From Phoronis australis (Eukaryota; Animalia; Phoronida), in assembly GCA_002633005.1 (NCBI GenBank), contig NMRA01000574.1:93030-157029 (forward strand): a DNA stretch of 64,000 nt, read 5' to 3'. The position numbers and the translations under genes are program-made. Below, piece after piece: positions 52,986 through 64,000 of the stretch; position 1 is the first letter of the stretch, and every line of letters begins with the position of its first letter. The notes beneath the pieces are model-generated. The model had not been told where the DNA came from. It saw nothing but the letters and a program-made list of their open reading frames with translations, and did no database searches.

Positions 52986-55900
52986 TGTGCTCGTGTCTTG
53001 CAACTTTGTCATATTGTGGAGGATCATACTAATTACGATGGACCTTGTCAATTTTGTCAGGCAATAAATGAAAATACACGGATCTAGATAATTCATAATT
53101 TTTGCATTTAAAAATATGTGTATTGAGAAGTCTTGTTTTCAAACTGAAGTATCTCTACTATTGAAATGGCAGTGTGTATTTGAGCAAATTCAGTATTGGC
53201 ATGGGCCCAGGTTTGGATGCACGCCCTGCCCATTACGTCTGTGAAAAGACCTTCAACGTTCAGATTTAGATATCCATGATATTCGTTAATTCTTTTACTC
53301 AAGTCAATATTTTTGCTGCAGGTTTCTCCCCAATTGCTGGCTCTAGTGAACGCCCCCTTGTTCTGTGCATGTGTGTACTTCATTTTCTGCTTTCTCATCC
53401 AATGATAACAGGAAGTGTTTTAACAAGGTGATCTGATCAAAAGCATCATTATTCAGGTGACCAAGGTGAGACAAATTCCAGTTTTGTCACCAAGATCCAT
53501 AGATTAGCTCGATTTCATTCATTTCTGCTTCTTCATGTACAATTCACTGTCTTGTATCTTAATTATTATGTAATTCATTGTTATCCTAGAAGACTTGTAC
53601 TAATACGTTTTAAATTGCAATTATACTGATACCAAGAAATTGGCAAAAATGGCAAATGTCAGTGTTGGATGTGCAATGTGTGGTCATTCCCTTTATACTC
53701 TCATTTTGAGAGGAGGGTCAGTCAATGCAATTCATTTTTCTCACTCCATGGAGAATACAATGCAAGATTGGCCTTTTGTTGCCATATTTTCACGCCTTGA
53801 CATGAGCTATCACCTCGGCCATCGTTCACTTGAGGCAGACTGCTCAACTCATAGCTTACTGTCTACGGTGGTCCTAAAACCTGTTACTTGTTACAAATTT
53901 CAACATAAAAATATTCAGTTCTCGAGCAGTGTGTTTCCGAGTACGTAGCGTATCTTGCCGATGTTGGGTCACCTTGGATACTGGGGACAATTATCATTTC
54001 AAGACCAAGCGGTTTCGAGCTTTCGAATACTTAATTCACACAAAAAATAATTGCCAAATGAATATAGTCATTTCTATTTTTCAAAGGCCAATTACTTCAT
54101 TGGAAATGGTGGAAACTGTACCAGAATGTTGTTTCAAGACATCTGCATAGTAGAATCCAAGCAAATGCTCGACTAGAATTTTCTCGATATTTAATTTTAT
54201 TATGAAATTTGACTTATGAGTTTCCAGTTGCTGGTGAAGCATTATTGTTTTTATATGGAGCTGGAACGTCGTTTACCGTAGTTCTAATAAAGGGCTTTCA
54301 AAATTATAATGTTGGAACAAGTTTGTAGTTTTACCAAAAAAATTGTGGTCTTGCTAGAGTGAAGTATTACATCACAGGCACTGCAATCTCCCAATGCCTC
54401 TGTAGCCACGCAAGTGGATGCGAAAGCATGCACCGTTTACCCCCAGAGTATCCAGCCAAGTCCTCGGCACATCGAAGGCTTGATGACACCATCATGGATT
54501 CAAGTGATATAGTCACGAGTTTCTAAGTTAAAAAAAAACGAACAACAACTAAGGTAAAGGACCAGCATGACCGTTTTGAAAATTGAAAAGTAAATATTAA
54601 ACGTTTTTGAATTATAGCGACATTATAAGAGAAATTAGCCAATAGTTTCTCTTCAGTATCGTGGCAGAGCTAGGAGCATTAGGACGGATTAGTCACAGTA
54701 ATAAGGCGTTGGGGTAACAAAACCCAAAATGTTAACTTAGGGTTCGTCTCATGTTGACCCTGAGTGCCAAGATTTATGGTGGCTGCACCCCTCCCCCCGG
54801 CGTGGAAATCGTGAGAAACATTTCTTGTTTCAGCAAGTGAGTTTTCATCTTTGTGTACTGCAGGTGACTTAGAGATATGTGAATACTGCAAAAGAAAAAA
54901 ACAAAACAAAAAGTATTCTTAGTCTTTGATAATCTCTTCTGTGAGTCAAACAATACAATTCATAAAAATCTTAACCAGAAAAAGAATTCAACGCAGGTGC
55001 TCAAACTTTGTAAATTTTTAACAATGGATAACCAGTCCACATACTCCTTGAACAATGAAGCTAAACCTTCAGTCACTAGCTGTAATCATAGATATATAGA
55101 GATTGCTCGTTCTACTATAAGTAGCCGTGAAAGCACGCAGTACTGGTGGTGCCATATTGCTGTGTGGAGGCTCATCGTAAGCAAACCAGCATGGCCACAG
55201 GCCCTGATATAATAAATACATATACTGGCAAATATGAACAAATAAAACAAAAATAAGATTAACATTATTAGCACGATACAAATCAAAAGTGACATCACCA
55301 GAAAGAGCTCAAAAATTCAAACATTTTGGTACCTATTTCATCAAAATTGAACCAACTGTTTCAAAGATAGAGCCTTTTAGTAAACCAGATTGCATGGTCT
55401 GCAACACTCGGTTCCACACAACAAAATGGCCGCCATGCTATATCTCTACAAAATACCTGACGGCCAATTTCTGTCTTTACATCTATAGCTGTAATAAAAG
55501 CATCAACTGCTACAACATGGTTGTAACAACACCTTCAGTCAATGGCTGTAGCAAACTCTCCTTAACGTGCACCATTTGGACATGTATTGCCGTTATTAAA
55601 CTAGCGAATTCAGTTTGAGCAAAACAAGAAAATACAAAATATTATGTAACTTGAATGTTCAGATGACTGATAGCAATAGCACGACTGCTAACTACAATGC
55701 ATTCAAATTATTTGGTTTAATCATACACTAGTTTTCAATAGATTTTAACCAATAGACTGGCATTTTCCTCATGAAAGTATTCAATTATACATCAGTTTGC
55801 ACTTCCAACTATCAGATACTTGCCTTTATTTCAGTACCAGGGAACTGACCCTTTGAGAAAATAACTTTAAAGTGGTATGTTTTCAAACCTGTTGTGTAAT

Positions 55901-56039
55901 ACCCGCATGGCCAAAGCCAGAACACACTAGATTACCAAATATCTTGCCTTTCCTAGTGAACAAACAAATAATTCCCCAAATTATAAGGGAAACTGCAACA
56001 TTGTCTCTATTGAAGTGGCACCTAATTTCTGGAAAGGCT

Positions 56040-56206
56040 TCATGAGAATATGTCGTAGACATCGTTTTCTCTACGATCATGGTCGTCATAAATAGTGTCT
56101 GAAGACTCCTCGCCACTGGCATCTTCTGAGCAACTTTCCTCCGAATGTTCCGGAACATAAGTCTCCGACTTTGGTACACCAATTTTCGTTGGCAAACGAT
56201 TGCGAT
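56040..56206 (-). CDS. ARM-CS gene last coding exon (acidic tail)
   Basis: RNRLPTKIGVPKSE...DVYDIFS*; AATAAA on - strand near 55825-55830. Confidence 0.78.
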
Positions 56207-59200
56207 CTGAAACCAAATTGGGGATAAATTTATCACAACAGGTTAACGTTATGCAAGATCCTGGAAAAATTTGGCTAATATCAGAACACTGTATCTCAAA
56301 AATTGTCAACGAGATTCAAATGAAACTTCAGATATTTCAGTTTGTCATACCTGGAAGTACTGACTGACCTCAGACTTCTGTTATTGTTACTTTTACAATT
56401 TAGCCTGTTCTTAAAATAGTCAGTGGAAGAAACATAACATGGAAAATCTTTATTTTTTAAACAAACTCAAACAGAGGCCTGGAACCGATGACTTGAATCA
56501 AAACTGACTTTTTCGTGTCAACACGAACGGTACGTCGCTGTCATCAGCGTCTGTATCCGAGGAGCTGTCAATGTAACGTTCGTGGTCCACCAAGATAAAT
56601 GGCAACTGAAACATAATTAATTACATAATCAATTAAACAGCATAAAACGGTTTCATTGTCTGACGGGTCTCTGTCCTCTGCAGTCTGCATCTACTTTGTT
56701 CATGATAGTTTTACAAGAAAACCATTATCTAATGTATTGTACCCACCCACCACTCAGTTTTTGAGTTTCGTGTTCACTGGAAATTTCAAGCCCTACAATA
56801 CGCTTTCGGCGTTGTTTTCGGATGATTCTTTAATGCCGTGACTTTTAGGTACAAGTTTTTTGAAAAGTGGTTTCCAATCATCCTAAAGTTGATGAGTCTG
56901 ATATTCACCAAAACACCCGAAAATCAGTTCTTTTAATTTGGTTCCAACAAAACTTCGACCAAGAAATACAAGAGCTTCTCAAGGCTTTTGAAGGTAGCTC
57001 TAGGCTAGAAACACTCAATGCAAATTCCAGGCCATGTTTGTGAGCAATAACCCTGACCCCCGTTTTGCAACTGAGAAAAATTTTATAAAAAAGAGATAAA
57101 CAAATTGTCAACCTTGATTTTATGCATTTTTAATTACTTTAATACATAAAACACAAGTCATGAATTTTTAGACTATCTAAGATTTATTGTGACAAACTCC
57201 ACGATCACCAGTAACATGTCAAAGAAGTTGAAACCTTAAGAAAATTTATCAATGACTCACATGACGTCTCTCACCAGCCATGTGTAAATTCAACAGTGGA
57301 AATTCAATAGTGAAATTCACATTCTTTGATTAGCAATACCTACTTTTTAAGACAAAAAACAAGGCTTTTATATTCTATGATCCAAGTACATTGAAAATGC
57401 ACTAACTGTCTTCAATTCCCATTTTAAAACAGTGCCTTTCTAGCTTCACTTACCGAATCCTGTAGCGCGTAACATCACTAGTGTCAAAAAGCATTGAATT
57501 TGACCCCATTGGACATTTGACTCCATTGGACATTTGACCCCATTGGACGTTTGACCCCACTGGACATTTGACCATATTGGACATTTGACCCTATTAGACG
57601 ATTGACCCTATTGGACGTTTGACCATATTGGACGTTTGCTTGAAGTGACTTGAGCTTTTATGAAATGTTACAAATAAAAGATTTTAATCTTAAACCGTGC
57701 GCAAACATAACTGGGCAAGTGATAAAAAACAGCTGCTGTTCACAATTTTAAAACGAGAGCAAAGCAGAGCGTTGAAATGAACACACTGCTAACATTGTGC
57801 TTCCAGGGGTGTTTATTTGGAACATAAAAATGGCAACTAGATGGTGCAAAATATGTCAAATCCATCCAAAAACTTTAGCAGAAACATCCATGGGCGTAAC
57901 TGCCATGTAGGTGCCCCAGTTGTTGAGGTTGTCAGAAAATCATCATTAGCCTTCCTCTTTGCATTAGGAACATACATGCCAATTTCCACAATCGCCAAAA
58001 AACAGACTCAAAAACAGTAAAATGGCCACAAGGTGGCGCAAAATGCCTCAAATTTTACCGAAAACTAGACGATAGCGTCAACTCACTAGTACATGCTTAT
58101 CTGCCAAATTTTTGCAAAAATCCATTGACGACCTTTAAAGATACAGAGGTAAATGTAAAAAATTAAAATTGCCATTAGGGGACACACCGGTAGCCTGATC
58201 CGACAGAAAGTTGTCATCTTCTGTTGTCAACTTCATATAAATACACCAACAAAATTCAATAAAGATCCTGTAGAGCACTTAGGTGGTACAGCCATGCACG
58301 CAAAAACAAACAAAATTGCCACTAGGAGGCGCCATATTAGTCGAAGTCGGAAGAAAATCATCGTCAGTCGCCCTCTTCACAGTAAGAACATATATGCCAA
58401 TTTTCAAAATCATCCCGAGAGTGGTTTGGTTGATAGAAAGGCGGACGCCAAAAAACAGACTCGAAAACATTAAAAATGGCCACTAGGTGGTGCAAAGTGC
58501 CTCAAATCCATCCTAAAACAAGAGGATGTCATCATCTCACTAATAGATGCCTAACTGCCAAATTTTATGAAAATCCGTTGAGGACCTCCAAAGATACAGA
58601 GGTAAGCGTAAAAAATTTAAATTGCCACTAGGGGGCACACTGGTAGACGGAGAGGTCCGAAATTCGCTGTCATCCATTGTCAGCTTTATGGGAACACATC
58701 TGGCAAATCTCATCAAGATCCTATGAGGGGTTTAGGAGATACAGCCATGGGCGCAAAAACAAACAAAATTGCCACTAGGAGGCGCCACAGAAGTCGAAGT
58801 TGTCGAAAAATCATCATCATGCACCCTCTTCACAGTAAGAACATATATGACAATTTTCAAAATCATCCCTACAGCGGTTTGGTTGATAGAATGGCGGATG
58901 CCAAAAAACAGACTAAAAACAGTAAAAATGGCCACTAGGTGGCGCAAAGTACCTCAAATCCACCTGAAAACGGGAGGATGGCATCATCTCACTAATAGAT
59001 GCCTAACTGCCAAATTTTATGAGAAATCCGTTGAGGACCTCCGAAGATACACAGGTAAGCGTAAAAACTAAAATTGCCACTAGGGGGCACACCCATAGCC
59101 GGAGAGGTCCGAAATTCGCCGTCGTCCATCGTCAACTTCATAGGAACACAAGTGCCAAATCTCATCAAGATCCCGTGAGGGGTTTAGGAGATACATCTGC

Positions 59201-62200
59201 GGACGCCGGACACCCAGACAGAGATGACGGCAATAAAAATTAGTTTTTGCAGCAATTAAAAATAAAAGTAGCGGACACCTACTTATAATTACGCTCCTTC
59301 AAATATTTTTAAGTCAAAAAGCTGAATTTCAAGGACTTTCCAAGGGCATAATTAAATTCAAGGACAATTCAAGGCAAAGAGCTTTTCAAGACAGTTCCAA
59401 AGCATGATTCAAGCCTCAGTTCACCACCATTTTCACTTGTAACCGAAAACAAGTAGACGTGAGATTTCTGGCCTCGGCAAGAACAGAAATCAATACTACT
59501 CACTATTGTCAAAAGCAATATGGCCGTCACTGAAATTGAAGTGAGCTAGTCCTGAGCCTGAACACTAGATGTAACTGACTGGTGCATAACAGTAGCACAT
59601 TAATCAACTCAAATGACATAATCAAATACTGACCTTGTGCTTGTCCCTCAACAACCTTGGCCACCGGACTTTCTTGGTTTTCTTCAGAGACAGTAGGACT
59701 TCACTTCCCAGGACACAGTAGCGACACCCATGGACATCAAGGGAGTCAAACAGGTCAAGGTCAAGGTTGTAATGAGTGCTGCCCAGCACAGAGCTGAAAT
59801 GACATGTAAAACATGCATTTAAGTCACCAGTAAAATGTTACAACAGAGATGCGCTGGGTCCTCGACGGTATGAAAATTACCAGGTCGCCATTTGTGACCT
59901 GACCAAAATATCAGCTTGCAATTCTGAAATTCAACTAACACGCACAAACAGAGTTCCCATGCAGCACATGTGAACATGCTGTGATGATAATTTTCCNTTG
60001 CCACTAGGGGGCACACCTATAGCCGGAGAGGTCCGAAATTCGCCGTCGTCCGTCATCAACTTCATAGGAACACAAGTGCCAAACCTCATCAAGATCCTGT
60101 GAGGGGTTTAGGAGATACATCTGCGGACGCCGGACACCCAGACAGAGATGACGGCAATAAAAATTAGTTTTTGCAGCAATTAAAAATAAAAGAAGCGGAC
60201 ACCTACTTATAATTACGGTCCTTCAAATATCTTTAAGTCAAAAAGCTGAATTTCAAGGACTTTTCAAGGGCATAATTAAATTCAAGGACAATTCAAGGCA
60301 AAGAGCTTTTCAAGACAGTTCCAAAGCATGATTCAAGCTTCAGTTCACCACCCTTTTCACTTGTAACCGAAAACGAGTAGACGTGAGATTTCTGGCCTCG
60401 GCAAGAACAGAAATCAATACTACTCACTATTGTCAAAAGCAATATGGCCGTCACTGAAATGGAAGTGAGCTAGTCATGAGCCTGAACACTAGATGTAACT
60501 GACTGGTGCATAACAGTAGCACATTAATTAACTCAAATGACATAATCAAATACTGACCTTGTGCTTGTCCCTCAACAACCTTGGCCACCGGACTTTCTTG
60601 GTTTTCTTCAGAGACAGTAGGACTTCACTTCCCAGGACACAGTAGCGACACCCATGGACATCAAGGGAGTCAAACAGGTCAAGGTCAAGGTTGTAATGAG
60701 TGCTGCCCAGCACAGAGCTGAAATGACATGTAAAACATGCATTTAAGTCACCAGTAAAATGTTACAACAGAGATGCGCTGGGTCCTCGACGGTATGAAAA
60801 TTACCAGGTCGCTATTTGCGACCTGACCAAAATATCAGCTTGCAATTCTAAAATTCAACTAACACGCACAAACGCACACACACACAGAATTTCCATGCAG
60901 CACATCTGACCATACTGTGATGATAATTTTCCATGTTGCGGAACCGCATTTTCCCATTCCACTAAAATGTTGGGGAGTTTTTCGGTGTTGCAGCACACCT
61001 ATTTTCCTGTTTGACTAAAATTTTAAACGAAAAACGCTGCTGGGGCTTTTTTGGGTGATTTGACTCCGCTCTCCTGAGTTAGAATACTCGTGTGCAAGTA
61101 GACCAAAATGTCACGTTTCCTAATTTCAGGATGCAAAGTGACCAGCTCGCTATGTCGAGCCCCAGGACTATGTTCCACACATCGAGTTTCTTTTGAGAAA
61201 AGTGAGACCAGACAACTCTTCCTAAGATGTCACAACACATTACAAATGAAGCACGTGTTCATGCTAGACTTTCTTGCCAATGTCTTGCACCTGGTGAAGA
61301 CACAATCACAAAACAGAACGCATACATAAAATAACGACAGAGTTAGAATCATAAAGTAAAAATAATTGTAGGTGGTCTGGCACAAACTGTACCAGACATG
61401 CGCACGCCGCTCAGGTGGGCCCGTTGCATTGATCACCTGGAACCATTTTTGTGCTTTATTAACGTATACTTAAAAACTGAACCGAGTACCTAGAGACCTA
61501 GCAAGGTCTAGCAGTGTGCCCCAGTGGGACTCGAACCTATGACTTTGAGTAAAGGAAGCGGACACTTATCTTATTGGGTCGCACCGTCTCCTTTAATCAT
61601 AAAATAAGCTAACCATTATAAAATTTGGAAATAACATTTGAAACAAAACATCTTCAACGTTCAAAACATTTTTCTGAAACTATTTAATATAATTGAAGCA
61701 AACCGAAGTGTCACAATGCACTGCCTTAACTATTACTAGTCACGCAATAGTAAGATCATTTCCTGGTTAAACTTTGTTGCACAAGACACTGCGCTGACTT
61801 TTCGTTGGTTCATACCTGAAGTGTATAGCGGATGGTTCCATAGAGACGTTGGCTTCCTTCACTCCCCGCAGTTTGATGCTCAGTAGACAGCGGTGAGGAT
61901 TCTGTGACCATTGCACCGTGGGGTAGCTCATGTGACTAGAAACACAGCAACGTGAAAAATGCTTACACTAAAAACACAAACGTTGTGAAGAGTCTTTGCC
62001 GAAGAAAATTGGTTAGGAGTGAAAACATGCATACCAATGGCTTTTTGTCATATTCTGAGTCTTTACTAATATTTTACATGCAAGTTAATTGGGTTTTAAA
62101 ACTGAGTACTTCTAGTAAGTAAAATGACCAAAAATTTGATCAAGATTTCATGGTACTTTCAATCTGAAAGCGAAAGCAGTGTTTTGGTTGGAGTTAAAGG

Positions 62201-64000
62201 ACGAGTTAAACAAAATGAATGGGAGATTCTCTTTGCAGTTTCATCTTTCTAAAGACAAAACAAAAATGACCTAACGTATGCTGCTTTCAACACCCAAGAA
62301 GCAAGAATTCTGCAGACTCCAATGCATAGTTCCTTTGGAACAGATTGCTTTTAAACTGCAGATTCTTGGTAGTCAACAAATTCATTCAAGAATTCTTGAT
62401 GTGACATATTACTTTATAAGCATATCTGACAAGCTGATGTATCATTCCCAGTTATCTACTCATTTGTCATGTATTTTGGCTCATGTACCACACACTAAGT
62501 GTACGGTAAAAATTTTCAATTTGGGGCAGTGAAAAAAAAAATTATTGTTTTGCTCAAGGACAGAGCTTGTCCCAAATAGGCAATATTAGCCGTCCCAAAT
62601 TCAAGGATCACCAGAAAGATGGCAAAAATTACTCACTCTGCACACTGAAAACACATTGTTTGAAATTTAAAAAATTTGACAAACGCCAAAATCGCCCTTG
62701 TCCCATATTCCAAAATGAAGAAAGTTCAGTTTTGCGAGAATTCTAGAATCCCAAATTCTAGAGACTGTACCAAATTGGAGAATCTTTATCATATACTGTA
62801 TCATTTTACAAGACCAAGTTAAATGTTCCAAGACTTGGCGTGAATGCTAAATTCTAACTAAGCTACAAGACAACTCAATGAAGACAGACCAGCTCACCTG
62901 TAGGTAACATTCCCTGATAACTGACTACATGCACCAACAGGTATGGGGAGCGGCACGGCCTTCCTGGTCAGTCCATCAGTCTTGTCCTCTCCCCTACTCA
63001 ATAGAACTGGCACAAGCTCTGGAGGTACCGTTTTTTCAGGCGAGGGGGACACCTCACCGTTCCTCTGTGGGGTTGCCAGCACTGCCAATCTGTTGATTTT
63101 CTCCGCCTTCAGCTTGGCTCGCATGTCCAACAGCAACTTATGCACAGAGTCACTTGTCGTGATGCCGTCATTGACGACCGTTTCAATGACCTCGAGAAGG
63201 CCGCAATTCAACATGGCCTCCTTGTTAGCACGGCTGTTGTTGGCCAAGTTTTTGAAAGCTTTCACAGAGGCCTGGACAAACTTCTCACTGTCAGTCTTCG
63301 ACAGCCTCTCAGCAATGACAGGAATGATTCCCTCTTTTCTGAGCATATCTCGCAGTCTGAAGATAGAAATAAGGACATTATACAAGACAGAACAAGGCCA
63401 GTAACTAAACAAGGAATACTTGATCTTCCAAATCTGATGCCAACAGTCAAAACTCAGTAAGACAATGCTTTCCACTTCTTCAATACCTAAACAAATCCTA
63501 GATAAATACCACTGTGGGTCAGTCGCAAATTCATCCTGAATCTTCAAAGCTAATAATGCAGTAACATATGTCAACTAAGTAAAATATGTTACAAAAACTC
63601 ATCCTGTTGAGAACATCAGCCATGTCTACCCTCGCTCAAATCTCTCGTTCAGTCATCAGAAGGCAAGGACAAATTCCTCCATCACCCGTTTCCACTGAGT
63701 TTCACTAGCACCCAACAGAGACAACAGCATACATTACCCCATCTACACTTACTCCATGTACGAAGCCATCGTTCCAATAATCGTCGTCGCACCTGTTAGC
63801 ACCGCGTCATTGCCTGTGGACTCAATCACTGTCCGCAGACACTGTATGCCATCACTGAACTTAACCGCTTGACAATTGGGAAGACACTCAGCAGTCAAGG
63901 CTGCCAAAGCCCAGATGACCTCATCTGCTACACGGTCACTAACGGACGACTTGAGTAGGGTGCACAGAATGTCCACTCCTCCTTCCGTGCGGATGGCTGA
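56040..64000 (-). CDS. Partial gene (5' end outside window): ARM repeats + p23-like CS domain + acidic tail, ~416 aa visible
   Basis: Exons >64000-63753, 63356-62898, 61935-61816, 60717-60558 (duplicate 59793-59634), 56605-56509, 56206-56040, all GT-AG and phase-compatible. ARM-like AIRTEGGVDIL..VIWALAAL and LRKEGIIPVI..AFKNLA. CS-like YPTVQWSQ..SIKLRGV..LDLF..LSLKK..WPRL..VDHERYID. Confidence 0.85.
56509..56605 (-). CDS. ARM-CS gene exon
   Basis: LPFILVDHERYIDSSSDTDADDSDVPFVLTRK. Confidence 0.82.
57499..57638. repeat. 17-bp minisatellite, ~8 copies
   Basis: TTTGACCCCATTGGACA units. Confidence 0.9.
57751..59236 (-). mobile_element. Third copy of the HINE-like family, with expanded tandem core
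   Basis: Reverse-complement 3' end at 57751-57786; TGCCGTCATCTCTGTC head near 59228; core units of ~146/147/160 bp. Confidence 0.78.
59634..59793 (-). CDS. Identical second copy of the CS exon (probable assembly duplicate)
   Basis: Same sequence as 60558-60717, inside the N-joined duplication. Confidence 0.5.
60558..60717 (-). CDS. ARM-CS gene exon (CS domain, second half)
   Basis: SVLGSTHYNLDLDLFDSLDVHGCRYCVLGSEVLLSLKKTKKVRWPRLLRDKHK. Confidence 0.85.
61440..61591 (-). mobile_element. tRNA-derived SINE-like fragment
   Basis: Minus strand GGAGACGGTGCGACCCAAT...AGGTTCGAGTCCCACTGGGGCAC: B-box and degenerate A-box, no valid cloverleaf. Confidence 0.5.
61816..61935 (-). CDS. ARM-CS gene exon (CS domain, first half)
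   Basis: HMSYPTVQWSQNPHRCLLSIKLRGVKEANVSMEPSAIHF. Confidence 0.85.
62898..63356 (-). CDS. ARM-CS gene exon (ARM repeats + linker)
   Basis: LRDMLRKEGIIPVIAERL...SGNVTY; donor AG|gtgagc. Confidence 0.85.
63753..64000 (-). CDS. ARM-CS gene exon (ARM repeats, cut by window edge)
   Basis: SAIRTEGGVDILCTLLKSS...GTMASYM; donor GA|gtaagt. Confidence 0.85.

Larger units (their letters stand above)
59074..60932. repeat. ~925-bp tandem duplication joined by a single N (likely haplotype overlap)
   Basis: 59074-59996 vs 59998-60932, SNPs plus a CA-tract indel; N at 59997. Confidence 0.85.

Noticed and set aside
57499-57638. Short direct-repeat arrays as possible CRISPR (also 47092-47206 and 43091-43294)
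   Set aside because: Head-to-tail units with no unique spacers, no cas genes, and a eukaryotic context.
61517-61591. tRNA gene (also 25081-25110)
   Set aside because: Only a B-box/T-arm is recognisable, with no acceptor or anticodon stems. Treated as SINE-derived.
62943-63460. Long plus-strand ORFs (153 aa and 106 aa)
   Set aside because: Antisense shadows of the ARM exon.

Overview
AT-rich, intron-rich animal genomic DNA, probably an invertebrate bilaterian (species not determinable). It is not prokaryotic, so most ORFs in the supplied track are spurious. Manual splicing, with phases checked, gives four genes. (1) Lysyl-tRNA synthetase KARS1, + strand, 10406-26358, 13 coding exons (~581 aa), plus a cassette exon (12994-13149) encoding a mitochondrial-type presequence behind an in-frame stop. 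(2) OTU deubiquitinase OTUD6B, - strand, 40633-29918, 9 exons (~300 aa), with a probable GC donor and a 20-nt microexon carrying the catalytic loop. (3) Rab geranylgeranyltransferase alpha RABGGTA, + strand, 40739-52985, 13 exons (~565 aa), head-to-head with OTUD6B (ATGs 105 bp apart) and ending with a U12-type intron. (4) The 3' part of an unnamed - strand gene (>64000-56040) encoding ARM repeats, a p23-like CS domain and an acidic tail. A fifth gene may start on the - strand near 7188. Introns hold many mobile elements: Helentron-associated-like elements carrying ~150-bp-spaced CTCF-consensus motifs, a TTAA-flanked Kolobok-like element with a decayed THAP domain, a LINE RT fragment, a gypsy gag fragment, MITEs, foldbacks and minisatellites. 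Two tandem duplications centred on single Ns look like haplotype or assembly artefacts. The best novelty candidates are the ARM+CS protein and the CTCF-motif-array elements; neither can be shown to be new without database searches.
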